Virus record (IMG/VR): IMGVR_UViG_3300047560_000779
Coordinates: 1 to 59,569 of that record
Direction: 5' to 3' (one strand)
DNA from: a virus
Lineage: Duplodnaviria > Caudoviricetes
DNA: 59,569 bases
Numbering within the stretch: the first letter of the stretch is position 1; each line of letters opens with the position of its first letter. Below the pieces are notes generated by a model. It did no database searches, was not told the origin of the DNA, and saw nothing but the letters and a program-made list of their open reading frames with translations. The position numbers and the translations under genes were made by a program. Below are positions 17,705 through 27,500 of this stretch, one piece after another.

Positions 17705-19263
17705 TTAGAAAAGACAAAAAAGCCCTCATCTTTAAACTGCGCAATCCTTCAAGAGTTACCACTGTCATCCCAACGGCACGTATGGTTACTCATGAGGGAG
17801 ACACGCTAGTGGCTGTGCCGCACCGACCAGAGGAAGTCAAGGTGCTCCGTAATCTGGGGTTCGATCCACCAGACCCGATGGAGTACTACTACCAATGGCC
17901 GGGACGGTTCAAACCATTTGCTGCACAGGTTGAGACTGCCAACTTCCTAGCTATGCACGACCGTGCTTTCTGTTTGAACTCTATGGGTTTGGGCAAGACA
18001 GTCACGTCGTTGTGGGCATATGACTACATGCGTGAGTGCAAGCTAGTGAAGAAGGCTTTGATTGTCTGTCCGCTGTCCACGATGGAGCGCACTTGGGCTG
18101 ATGAAGTATTCAAGACGTTCCCACATCTGGATGCAACAGTACTGTATGGAACTCGTGAACGCCGCAAGAAGTTGTTGGCGCAAGACGCTGATCTGTACAT
18201 CATCAACACGGACGGCATCAAGACCATCTTGGAAGACTTAGAGCAGCGTGATGACATTGACCTCATCATCGTGGACGAGATCGCCATGTTCCGTAACTCT
18301 GGCACTGACCGCTGGAAGACATTGAACGCCATCTGCAACAAACAGTCTGCCAGACGTGTATGGGGATTGACCGGTGCACCAACACCACATGAACCAACAG
18401 ACGCATGGGCGCAGTGCCGCATCGTTGTACCAACGAGCCCCTCAGTACCTAAGTACTTTGGCAAGTTCCGCGACATGGTGATGAAGCAGTTGACTCAGTT
18501 CAAGTGGGTGCCCCGTGCAGATGCAGTGGACACAGTGAAGGCCATCATGCAACCAGCGGTGCGCTTCGCACTAGATGACTGTATTGACTTGCCCGAGCAG
18601 ACGTTCATTACCCGCGACGTTGAGATGACCACTGAGCAGAAGGCAGCGTACAAGAACATGCTGGACAAACTCAAGATGGAGTACGAGGGCGGCCAAGTGC
18701 TTGCTGTTAACGAAGCTGTAAAGGCTAACAAATTGGTGCAGATCGCTTGCGGTGTGGCGTATGGTGCGCAGGGCGAGTACATCCACATTCCGAACAAGCC
18801 ACGCATCGACGTGCTCAAAGAGATCATTGAAGAATCTGAAGGCAAGGTGCTTGTGTTCGTTCCGTTGACTGGTGTGCTTGAACATCTGATGGATGAACTC
18901 AAAGACGATTGGGAGTGCGCGGCTATCCATGGTGGCACTTCAAAAATTGACCGTGACGAAATCTTTGGAACCTTCCAAAAGACTGATCGTATCCGTGTGA
19001 TCGTGGCCAACCCATCCACCATGTCCCATGGCTTAACACTGACTGCGGCAACGACCATCATCTGGTATGCGCCGATACACAGCAACGACGTGTACGAACA
19101 GGCATGCGCCCGAGTACGCCGACCCGGCCAGACACGCACAACAGTCATCGCCCATATAGCTGGCAGTGATATTGAACGGCGTATCTATAAGAGATTGCAA
19201 GGTAAACAGAAGCTGCAAGGCTCGCTGTTGGAAATTATGAAAGGAATTGAGAGCGACCAGTAA
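17698..19263 (+). CDS. SNF2-family SF2 helicase
   Basis: MGLGKT, IVDE, LTGAP, HGLTLT, QACARVRRPGQ. Confidence 0.92.
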   Translation: MLIRKDKKALIFKLRNPSRVTTVIPTARMVTHEGDTLVAVPHRPEEVKVLRNLGFDPPDPMEYYYQWPGRFKPFAAQVETANFLAMHDRAFCLNSMGLGKTVTSLWAYDYMRECKLVKKALIVCPLSTMERTWADEVFKTFPHLDATVLYGTRERRKKLLAQDADLYIINTDGIKTILEDLEQRDDIDLIIVDEIAMFRNSGTDRWKTLNAICNKQSARRVWGLTGAPTPHEPTDAWAQCRIVVPTSPSVPKYFGKFRDMVMKQLTQFKWVPRADAVDTVKAIMQPAVRFALDDCIDLPEQTFITRDVEMTTEQKAAYKNMLDKLKMEYEGGQVLAVNEAVKANKLVQIACGVAYGAQGEYIHIPNKPRIDVLKEIIEESEGKVLVFVPLTGVLEHLMDELKDDWECAAIHGGTSKIDRDEIFGTFQKTDRIRVIVANPSTMSHGLTLTAATTIIWYAPIHSNDVYEQACARVRRPGQTRTTVIAHIAGSDIERRIYKRLQGKQKLQGSLLEIMKGIESDQ

Positions 19264-19325
19264 AAACCACTATACACACTCACTGATTTGATGGTAATCT
19301 CCGTCCCCCTCACTGGAACACAACA

Positions 19326-19706
19326 ATGAAAATATCAGAACTGGTAGCCAAATACATTGAGCTACGCGATAAAAAAGCTGAGTTCAAAGCTGCTTATGAA
19401 AGCAAAGTAGAGAAATTGGATACAGTCCTTGACCAGATTGAATCCGCTTTACTTAAGACCTTCGAGCAGACCGGTATGGATTCCGTAAAGACCGAGTTCG
19501 GTACGGCCTATACTACTGAACGCAGCACTGCTTCTGTGGCTGACAAGGACGCCTTTATGGCCTTCGTCAAGTCCCGTGAAGACTGGCACCTGATGGAAGT
19601 TCGCGCTTCTAAGACAGCCATCCAACAATACAAAGATGAACACCAAGACTTACCGCCGGGCATCAACTGGCGCTCTGAGCGCGTGGTCAACATCCGTAGA
19701 ACTTAA
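19326..19706 (+). CDS. Conserved phage replication-module protein
   Basis: N-terminal coiled coil, then SVKTEFGTAY and LPPGIN. Confidence 0.75.
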   Translation: MKISELVAKYIELRDKKAEFKAAYESKVEKLDTVLDQIESALLKTFEQTGMDSVKTEFGTAYTTERSTASVADKDAFMAFVKSREDWHLMEVRASKTAIQQYKDEHQDLPPGINWRSERVVNIRRT

Positions 19707-19728
19707 CCCTCAACCACTGGAGTAAACG

Positions 19729-20655
19729 ATGAGCAACATCATCCCTTTCGATACCGCATCTGGCAACCTGCCAGCCTACCTCAAACAAGCTAACCGCTCC
19801 GCAGTCAACGAAGACTTGACGGCTCACGCTGGCACGGGCTTCCCTGTCATGTCCATCAAGGGCAAGAACTTCACAGTCGTTCGTGATGGCGAGCGCACTG
19901 TACTGACCAAAGACGTGGACGGCGAGAAGATCGCAGTACCGTCAATCGAAGTCGTGTTGGTCAAAGCCAACAAGGGCACATCCAAAGTGTTCTACATGAA
20001 GGGCTACCAAGAAGGCAGCGAGGCCACTAAGCCTGATTGCTTCTCTAACACTGGCGACCGTCCTGACTCATCCGTGGCTGAACCTCAGTCTAAGTCCTGC
20101 GCAATCTGCCCACACAACCAATGGGGCTCCAAGATCGGCGACAACGGCGGCAAAGGCAAGGCTTGCCAAGACAGCGTCCGTATGGCTATCGCTACGGCTG
20201 ACCAGATCAACGACCCATACCTGTTGCGTGTGCCTCCAGCATCCATCAAGTCATTGGGTGAGTACGGCAAGATGCTCGCTAAGCGCGGTGTTGGATACAA
20301 CATGGTTGTTACCCGCATTGGTTTCGACATGGAGTCACCCACTCCTAAGCTGACCTTCAAGCCCACAGGTTTGTTGAGCGACGCTGGCTACGCTCAAGTC
20401 CAAGAAGTTGCAGTGTCCGACGTTGTGCAATCCATCTTGGGTGCTGACGGTATCGCTGCTGCTGCGGCTGCCGAGGCTTCTCATGACGAGGAGTTGCCAA
20501 CAGTGGAAGTCAAGGCTGCTGCCCCAGCGCCTGTCGCTGAGAAACCCAAGGCTGTTGCTAAGCCTAAGGCTGAACCCAAGCCCGAGCCAAAGCCAGCACC
20601 TGTTGAGGTTGACATCCCTGACCTTAACCTCGACGATTTGAACTTCGACGACTAA
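19729..20655 (+). CDS. Putative ssDNA-binding or annealing protein
   Basis: PDCFS, CAICPHNQWGS, GKAC core; Pro/Lys linker; acidic tail LDDLNFDD; position beside helicase and primase. Confidence 0.6.
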   Translation: MSNIIPFDTASGNLPAYLKQANRSAVNEDLTAHAGTGFPVMSIKGKNFTVVRDGERTVLTKDVDGEKIAVPSIEVVLVKANKGTSKVFYMKGYQEGSEATKPDCFSNTGDRPDSSVAEPQSKSCAICPHNQWGSKIGDNGGKGKACQDSVRMAIATADQINDPYLLRVPPASIKSLGEYGKMLAKRGVGYNMVVTRIGFDMESPTPKLTFKPTGLLSDAGYAQVQEVAVSDVVQSILGADGIAAAAAAEASHDEELPTVEVKAAAPAPVAEKPKAVAKPKAEPKPEPKPAPVEVDIPDLNLDDLNFDD

Positions 20656-20719
20656 TGGTTTTCGGGGGGCTACGGGCAATTCCGCCCGCTGTAAAGTAGT
20701 AGTCCCCCACCTTCTTTCC

Positions 20720-20741
20720 GGCCCTTCGGGGCTTTCATTTT
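20720..20741 (+). terminator. Possible terminator with cUUCGg hairpin
   Basis: GGCCC-TTCG-GGGCT followed by TTCATTTT. Confidence 0.5.
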
Positions 20742-20752
20742 CTGGAGAAATC

Positions 20753-21004
20753 ATGTCATATCAAGTTGACCAGCGCAAAGTCGCCGGTGTCGTAGTTGAA
20801 GCGAACCTTGCCCTCAGTGGCAAAGACTTTAACCACGGAGAAATCATCATCGGATTGGCAGAGCTGTTGGCCCGTGTCATCGTTGAGGCTTCGGATACAA
20901 ACATCCAAGCGAAGGAGTTGGTGAAGGTAGCCATGGCACACATGGATCGCACCATCACTATTGGGGCTCACGCCACGGGCAAATCAATCATCGCGCAGGC
21001 ATAA
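20753..21004 (+). CDS. Hypothetical protein
   Basis: GGAG RBS; 83 aa. Confidence 0.75.
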   Translation: MSYQVDQRKVAGVVVEANLALSGKDFNHGEIIIGLAELLARVIVEASDTNIQAKELVKVAMAHMDRTITIGAHATGKSIIAQA

Positions 21005-21005
21005 C

Positions 21006-23999
21006 ATGGACGCACTCACCTTCCTCAAAACAATCTTGCCGGAAGATGGGTATAAGTTCGTTGGCCTGAGTCGTGCCGGTACCCCCGGCATCGCCCACAA
21101 GGCGTATGAATCTTTGGAGCTGATGGCTGAGGCCATCGCTTCCTATGACAAGCAAACTAACTTAACTGTCTATCACGCATGCGCTGCGTACAAAGAGCCG
21201 TCCTACGAAGCCGTAGTGAACGGTGAAACAAAAAGGAAATACCGTGGAGAACCTAACTGGTACAAGGCCAAAGCTTTCTGGGCGGATATCGACTGTGGTG
21301 AATCAAAGGCAGCAGAAGGCAAAGGCTATGCGACTCAGAAGGATGCAGCACGAGCGATCCTTGGCTTCTGCCAAGCGAACCAGTTTCCTTCCCCTATGCT
21401 TGTTAGCTCTGGTGGTGGTCTTCACTGCTATTGGGTGCTTAGTCAACCTGTGGGCCCTAATAGTTGGCGACGAATCGCTAGCAGCTTTAAGTCAGTCTTG
21501 GCTGGAGCTGGCCTCATCGTTGATCCAACCCGCACTGCTGATCTGTCTTCTGTGCTTCGCCCTGTGGGGACTCATAACCGAAAGCCCGGACGAGACCCAC
21601 GACAAGTAAAGGTTGTGCGCGAAGGTGATGTTGTATCACCACAAGAATTCAATGCGGCAGTCCAAGCGGCTGTTGCTAAGTACGACGTCATCCCTCAACA
21701 ACTGATTAGCCGTGCCCCAGTGGAAGGCTTAAACGATGACTTGATCGGCCACCTTGGCCCACAGATTGAATCGTCTGCCCATGAAGTCGCAAACCATTGC
21801 GCTCAAGTTGGCAAGATGCGTGACACCAAAGGAGACGTTGACTATGAAACATGGCGCGGAGTCATTGGAATCATTAAGCACTGCGTCGAGGGAGAACCTC
21901 TGGCACATGAGTGGAGCGAACATAGAGCGGCTACTGGCCACTCTAATGTGGATGTTGATACCCGTTATAACACTTGGGATAGCGGCCCTGCTACTTGTGA
22001 ATTTTTTCAAAAGTGTAACCCGTCCGCCTGCGATGGCTGTGTTCATAAAGGAAACATCAAGTCACCAATCGTGCTGGGACGACTTCTGCCTGAACCAGCA
22101 GAATCAACGGTCGGAGTAATCGACGAAGCCAAGCCTGACCAAGTGTTGGAAGCCATCGTGCCTCCAATGCCTGAGGGGTATGAATACCAAGCAGACCACA
22201 TGCTGCGCTTCATCAAAGACAAAGATGGTGTGCTCCAACCCTACACGTTCTGCAACACGCTGTTCTATCCAATCCAACGGATCAAGAAGTCTGATGGGTC
22301 GTTCGCATCTACGATTCGTATGCACTTGCCTGACCAACGTATCCGTGACTTTGAGATGGACACTGCATCATTGGCGTCACCATCCGATCTGCTGAAGGCT
22401 TTGTCCAAGTACGAACTGATGCCGTCCAACAACAAGGATTCAACTATGCACATGACTGCATATTTGCGTGACTCTATTCGCAAGCTGATGGCCGAGCAAC
22501 GCGAGACAGATACATTAACTGCGTTTGGCTGGCGCGACAACATGAGTGGGGTGTTACTTGGAGACAGGCTCTATCACCAAGATGGTTCAATTCGTAAAGT
22601 GTTTATCGGTGGCGCTGCCGCTGACCACCGCAATGCTTATCCTGAACCTCGTGGGTCTCTTGCTGCTTATTCCGCTGCTGTTAATTACATCTACAACCGA
22701 GAAAACAGCCAAGCCGCTCAATACGTGTTCTGTAACGTCTACGGCTCACTCATCACACCCTTCGGAGAAGACAGTTATAACGGTGCTCTTGTCGCCGTAA
22801 ACTCTGGTGCGTCGGGCAAAGGCAAGACTTCTGTGTGGCGTTCTGCGCTGTACGGTATCTGCGATGCTAACAAGATGATCTTCGCTGGCAAGGAAGGCGC
22901 AACTCGCAATGCGCGGTGGGCAATCGTCGGCGCACACAAGAACATCCCAGTGGTGTTTGACGAGATGACTGACATGGATGCAGCCGAGGTATCGGCCATG
23001 GCCTATACAACATCGCAAGGTACTGACCGTGCTCGCTTGACTTCTGCTGGCGGTAAGGTTGGCTTCGCTGAACAGCACACTTGGAAGACTGTGGTTGGCT
23101 TAACTGCTAACGAAGACATGCACTCCAAGCTGGCTGGCCACAACGCCAACACACAAGCGGAAGCCGTGCGGATGATCGGCATTAACTTCGCCACCTACAA
23201 CGTGCCCATCATTGACCCAGCGGTTGAAGTGTCCAACGCCATCGACATCATGCGCGAGAACATGGGCAACGCAGGGCATGAATTCGTGAAGTACATCGTG
23301 ACCCACCAGCAGGAAGTCGCTGACCTCTACGCCAAGATCGAGAACAAGATGAGCCGCTTGATGCCGCAGTCTGAATATCGTTTCTTCCGTAGCCATGCGA
23401 CTTGCACATTGGTGGCTGCCAAGATTCTGGTGGATCACAACATCGTGGACTTTGACTTCCAAAAGCTGGAAGACTTCACTGTTACTCTGATGACTGACCT
23501 GACTGCTGCGGTATCCAAGGGTAACGTGACTGACCCGGGCGAAGCGATTAGCCGCATGATCCGTGAGATGTCTAGCCGCATCTTGGTGACTGTGGGCTAC
23601 CGCGACACTCGTGCTGATGCTCGTGGCCCTGAGGAATCTTTGTCCCGCATCAATGGCGTGGCGGTTGGTCGTCGCATACTGGGTTCACCCAACAAGAACT
23701 CTGGTGAGACTGTCGATCCCAAGCTGGTGGGCAAGCTGTTCATCGCCAAGAAGGACTTCTACGACTGGTGTTCCAAGAACCGCATGGAGCCCAAAGAAGT
23801 ATTGAAGTATGCCCAAGAGAAGAAGTGGGTCGGTAAGAACTCAGAGCGATTCAACATCGGTCGTGGCACTGCCCACTCAACAGGTGCGTGTGTCTGCTAC
23901 GCGTTTGATTTTGCTGCGATGGAAGGCGTTGTTGAGAAAACAAGTGGCCCGACTGTTGTCAGCTTGGAGACTGCTGCGGTATCATCCGCTGGCCAGTAA
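21006..23999 (+). CDS. Primase-helicase (AEP/RepB-like primase, PriCT-like region, DUF927 P-loop domain)
   Basis: WADID, SSGGGLHCYW, SVLRPVGTHN, C-x8-C-x2-C, FGW, Walker A GASGKGKT, VFDE. Confidence 0.88.
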   Translation: MDALTFLKTILPEDGYKFVGLSRAGTPGIAHKAYESLELMAEAIASYDKQTNLTVYHACAAYKEPSYEAVVNGETKRKYRGEPNWYKAKAFWADIDCGESKAAEGKGYATQKDAARAILGFCQANQFPSPMLVSSGGGLHCYWVLSQPVGPNSWRRIASSFKSVLAGAGLIVDPTRTADLSSVLRPVGTHNRKPGRDPRQVKVVREGDVVSPQEFNAAVQAAVAKYDVIPQQLISRAPVEGLNDDLIGHLGPQIESSAHEVANHCAQVGKMRDTKGDVDYETWRGVIGIIKHCVEGEPLAHEWSEHRAATGHSNVDVDTRYNTWDSGPATCEFFQKCNPSACDGCVHKGNIKSPIVLGRLLPEPAESTVGVIDEAKPDQVLEAIVPPMPEGYEYQADHMLRFIKDKDGVLQPYTFCNTLFYPIQRIKKSDGSFASTIRMHLPDQRIRDFEMDTASLASPSDLLKALSKYELMPSNNKDSTMHMTAYLRDSIRKLMAEQRETDTLTAFGWRDNMSGVLLGDRLYHQDGSIRKVFIGGAAADHRNAYPEPRGSLAAYSAAVNYIYNRENSQAAQYVFCNVYGSLITPFGEDSYNGALVAVNSGASGKGKTSVWRSALYGICDANKMIFAGKEGATRNARWAIVGAHKNIPVVFDEMTDMDAAEVSAMAYTTSQGTDRARLTSAGGKVGFAEQHTWKTVVGLTANEDMHSKLAGHNANTQAEAVRMIGINFATYNVPIIDPAVEVSNAIDIMRENMGNAGHEFVKYIVTHQQEVADLYAKIENKMSRLMPQSEYRFFRSHATCTLVAAKILVDHNIVDFDFQKLEDFTVTLMTDLTAAVSKGNVTDPGEAISRMIREMSSRILVTVGYRDTRADARGPEESLSRINGVAVGRRILGSPNKNSGETVDPKLVGKLFIAKKDFYDWCSKNRMEPKEVLKYAQEKKWVGKNSERFNIGRGTAHSTGACVCYAFDFAAMEGVVEKTSGPTVVSLETAAVSSAGQ

Positions 24000-24030
24000 G
24001 CAGTTGCTGGCTGTCTCCGATGAGGGTTTT

Positions 24031-24060
24031 CTCCCCGGCGTAAAACCCGGGGAGTTTTTT
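24031..24060 (+). terminator. Intrinsic terminator at the convergence of the two arms
   Basis: CTCCCCGG-n8-CCGGGGAG followed by TTTTTT. Confidence 0.75.
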
Positions 24061-24304
24061 ACTTACCCCAAGGCAGGCTGTGGATCACCTGAGTAAGAAC
24101 TGCCCCAAGAGCACCGCCTGCTCCGCCAATCATCATTAAGACTTTCCACCCGCCCTTGGCCTCAGACAACGTAGTGTTGATCTCGGCCAATGATTTTTGC
24201 ATGGCAGCCATGCTCTCAACGAGCTTGTCCATGTCATCTTGCAAGTGGCGGATGTCGGCAGCGTGGGTGGCCAACTCGCGGGCCGTTTCGATTGAGTCAG
24301 ACAT
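24059..24304 (-). CDS. Coiled-coil protein with C-terminal transmembrane helix
   Basis: Heptads then KGGWKVLMMIGGAGGALG. Confidence 0.75.
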   Translation of the reverse strand: MSDSIETARELATHAADIRHLQDDMDKLVESMAAMQKSLAEINTTLSEAKGGWKVLMMIGGAGGALGAVLTQVIHSLPWGK

Positions 24305-24559
24305 TTAGCAGTTCCAAGCGCGGAGAGATTTGTTGATACGGGAGTTCGGGTCTTTGGCCGTCTTCTCGCTGGTCAGCTTTTTCTTCATGCCTTCCATGCG
24401 AGCGCAGAACGAATCCTTGCGTGGGCCGCCCTCAGGTTGCGGAGCCTTCAACCCGGGCTTGCCGGGGTTTGCCTTGTTATAAGAAGCGCGACCCTTGGCG
24501 TTCAGACCGCCCTCTGGGTTCTTGCCTTCTTTGCGTTGCCATGCTGGTGATTTAGCCAC
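24305..24559 (-). CDS. DUF6321-like small basic phage protein
   Basis: GTG start after AGGAG; AWQRKEGKNPEGGLNAKGRASY...SFCARM...SLRAWNC. Confidence 0.8.
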   Translation of the reverse strand: MAKSPAWQRKEGKNPEGGLNAKGRASYNKANPGKPGLKAPQPEGGPRKDSFCARMEGMKKKLTSEKTAKDPNSRINKSLRAWNC

Positions 24560-24569
24560 GGGTTGCTCC

Positions 24570-27500
24570 TTAGATAATGCCAGCCACAAACTGTTTGTTG
24601 GCTTTGGTTGTCTCGATACCGCCGACCACTGAAGCTTCACGCTTCCTAGCAGCCACGATGGCTTTGAACAGGTCTGACATTGGCTGTCTAGTGTACCCGT
24701 TCTTAGCCCGAGCATCCTGCAATTCCTGCCAACTTTGGCGGGCTTCTGCCATGGCTGCGGTGTCACCTTCGCGGTTAGCTGCAACGTAGTCACCCTTGAT
24801 CTCAGATGCCTTGGTTGAGTAGAACTTGTCGAATTCTTTCTCCACGTTCTGGCGGTACTGACGTTGGGTAATGGTATTTGTTGGCAGACCAACAGCTTGG
24901 AACGCTGCATCCACCATGCTGACTTCTTCTGGGCTGAGCACGATGTCGCCGTTACGCATTGTGATGCCCTCGGTAGCAAACCGGTAGCCCTTCATGGCAT
25001 TGGCAAAACCTGTTGGCAGGGCTTGCTCCATACCTTTGTACAGCTCACCTTGGCCAACTAGACCCAGTGCATCGGCAAACTTCAAGCCAAGGGCAGCGGT
25101 TGGGCCCATCAAACCAACCAACATCTTCTCTGCGCCAGAACGGCTAGTCAGGTCAACGTCAGTAAATGGCAGGATCGAGGCAACGTTTTCCATAGCCAGC
25201 TTCTTGCCAATGGATTCAGCACCGAAGTATGCAGGCACACCGCGCAACAGTAAGTTGGCCAGCTCTGGATCACCGATGGCTTGACGCAGTTGGTACTCCA
25301 AGTCCTTGGGTTCGTCATCGTCGCCAAAGATATTGACCAGCAAGTTGCCGATCTGAGAAGCAAACGGTACACCCAGTGCACCGCCCAACACAGACATGTG
25401 AGCCGTGATGAACTTGAGGGAACGACGCGCCACCATACGTTCCTCAGCGGATGCACCCTTGAACGCGTTCTTGATGAGCTTGCCCAACATGGACAACTGG
25501 ATGATCTGGAAGCGCTTGAACTGACCGACCACCTTACCCACGTTGGAGTTCAGGATACGAGGTGTGTTGAAACCGTCGTATGAACCATGGGTGTTGGACA
25601 CAGTCTCAGCGGCAAACTTAGTAGCAGCTTCAGTGTTGTTGACTCCGTAGCGTTGGAGGTATCCGCGATAGGCAGCCACGGCAGCCGTTGCACGGTTGAC
25701 CGCTTCAATGCGGTTGTTGACTCCGTTGAGCTTGCGCATCACAGAGCTAGTCAGGGTACGCTCGTTGGCGTATACGACTGCGTCGGCATCAATACCAATG
25801 TCGATCTTGCCCATACGGACAAGTTTCAAGAGCATATCGCGCACGTCGGCTGGAGCTTTGGAGAAATCCAAGTGCTCGTTGACGTTGGTGTCTTTCACCA
25901 AGCTGACAACATCTTTGTATGCGGCGTTGATCGAACGCAGTGAACGGTGATAACCCAAACGGCCAGCCATGTAAGGCAGAGACAAGACGTAGGTCTGAGT
26001 CATCTGTTGCAGGTAGAACGCAGGGTTGAACGCCAAGAACCAAGTGTGGCCAAGTCGAGTCAATGCTCGTGCTAGTGGCGCTGGTGTCTTGTAGTTGATG
26101 TCGTTAGCGTAGCGCTTGAGCAACTCGTTCAGGTATGGACGAGCGTTGGTTGGATCGCCCTTGGCCTCGTCGCGCATGTTGCTGATGGCGTCAGTGATGT
26201 CACCGTTGTGCTTTAAGCTAGCCAAGAAGTGAGCGTCGGCACGGCCACGGGTGGCCAAGTTGCGCATCATGTCCTTGTCAGCACCGGAGATGTTCTTACG
26301 CTGCATTGCTGTGCGGTGGGCGCTAGCCTCAGACACAGTGGCCAAGTACAGGTCAGACACAGTCTTATTCAGAGCGGTCAGGACTTCTTGGTCAGCCATA
26401 GTGATCTCACCAGACTTGATGCGGCGAGTCAGCATGTTGCGCAGACGGGTGATACCCATGAACAAGTCGCTACCGCCGACAAAGGCTTCGCTGACTTCCT
26501 TCTCTGCACCGTACACCTGCTGGTAACGACCGGATGCTTTCCACTGCTCAGCCTTGTTCTGGGCTTCAGCCATGGTCTCAGCAAACTCAACGATGTAGTG
26601 GTTGGCGTCCGACTGGTTCTGCTCGAGCCACTTAGTAGCATCGAGGTCGCCTTGAGCGGCCAGCTTCTCAGCATCCGCGTAAGTCTCGGACTTGGCCACG
26701 GCCACGTAATCGCCATAACGACCGAGGTAGGCGTAAGGCATGTCGTTCTTGATGTTCATCAAGCGGTCGAACTTGGACTTCCATGCACTGCGGTCAGCAG
26801 CGATGTTGTTCAGTTGCTCTTGGTCGCCATTGGCATCCAGCTCGCGTTGAGAGAACTCTTTGTCCGCAGCAGCCGTGACGGCTTGCTGTTTTAAACGCAG
26901 GGATTGGTAGCCATGGTCAAACACCATCTTGATGACTTGCTGCGCGGCAGCAGGCATTGCGTCAAAGCGACGGGCCATCTCATCGTCAGGCTTGATGTTT
27001 GGGTTGTATGCGGGTACGTAGCCCCACTTGCTGTCTGAGGTGGAGTCAAAAATGAACTCGTTCACGCTACCACGGCCAGTGCCTTGCAGCTCTGTGGGCA
27101 GCTTCTCAAACGCTTCTTCAATCTTCTGGATGCGTTGCTCATGCTCAATGCGAGTACCTTGGCGCTCGTACTGGTTGGCCAGATAGTCTTGGGCCGAAGG
27201 CATGTACTTGCTAGCACCATTGACCACGTCTTCAGTAATACCAGCAGCCAACAGGATGTGCTTGACGTCCTCATTGCGGTTGACCAGTGCGTCTTTACCG
27301 GAGTTCATCAAGGTGTCCACAACTGTTTTGGTTGTGGGTTGGAGCGGCTTAGGCAGACCAGCAATCTTGCGAGCTATTACCGCACGGCCTTTGTACAACA
27401 GTTGGTTTTCAGCCGCAACATGCTCTGGAGCGATCTTAGCCAGCTCCGCAGCTGGGTAGTTAGCACGTAGCATGACGGTATTGGCTTCGGCTTCCCCGCC

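Noticed and set aside
24305-24979. 224-aa ORF as listed in the track
   Set aside because: The upstream part is an alternative frame of the giant gene's end. The supported gene starts at GTG 24559 after an AGGAG RBS.
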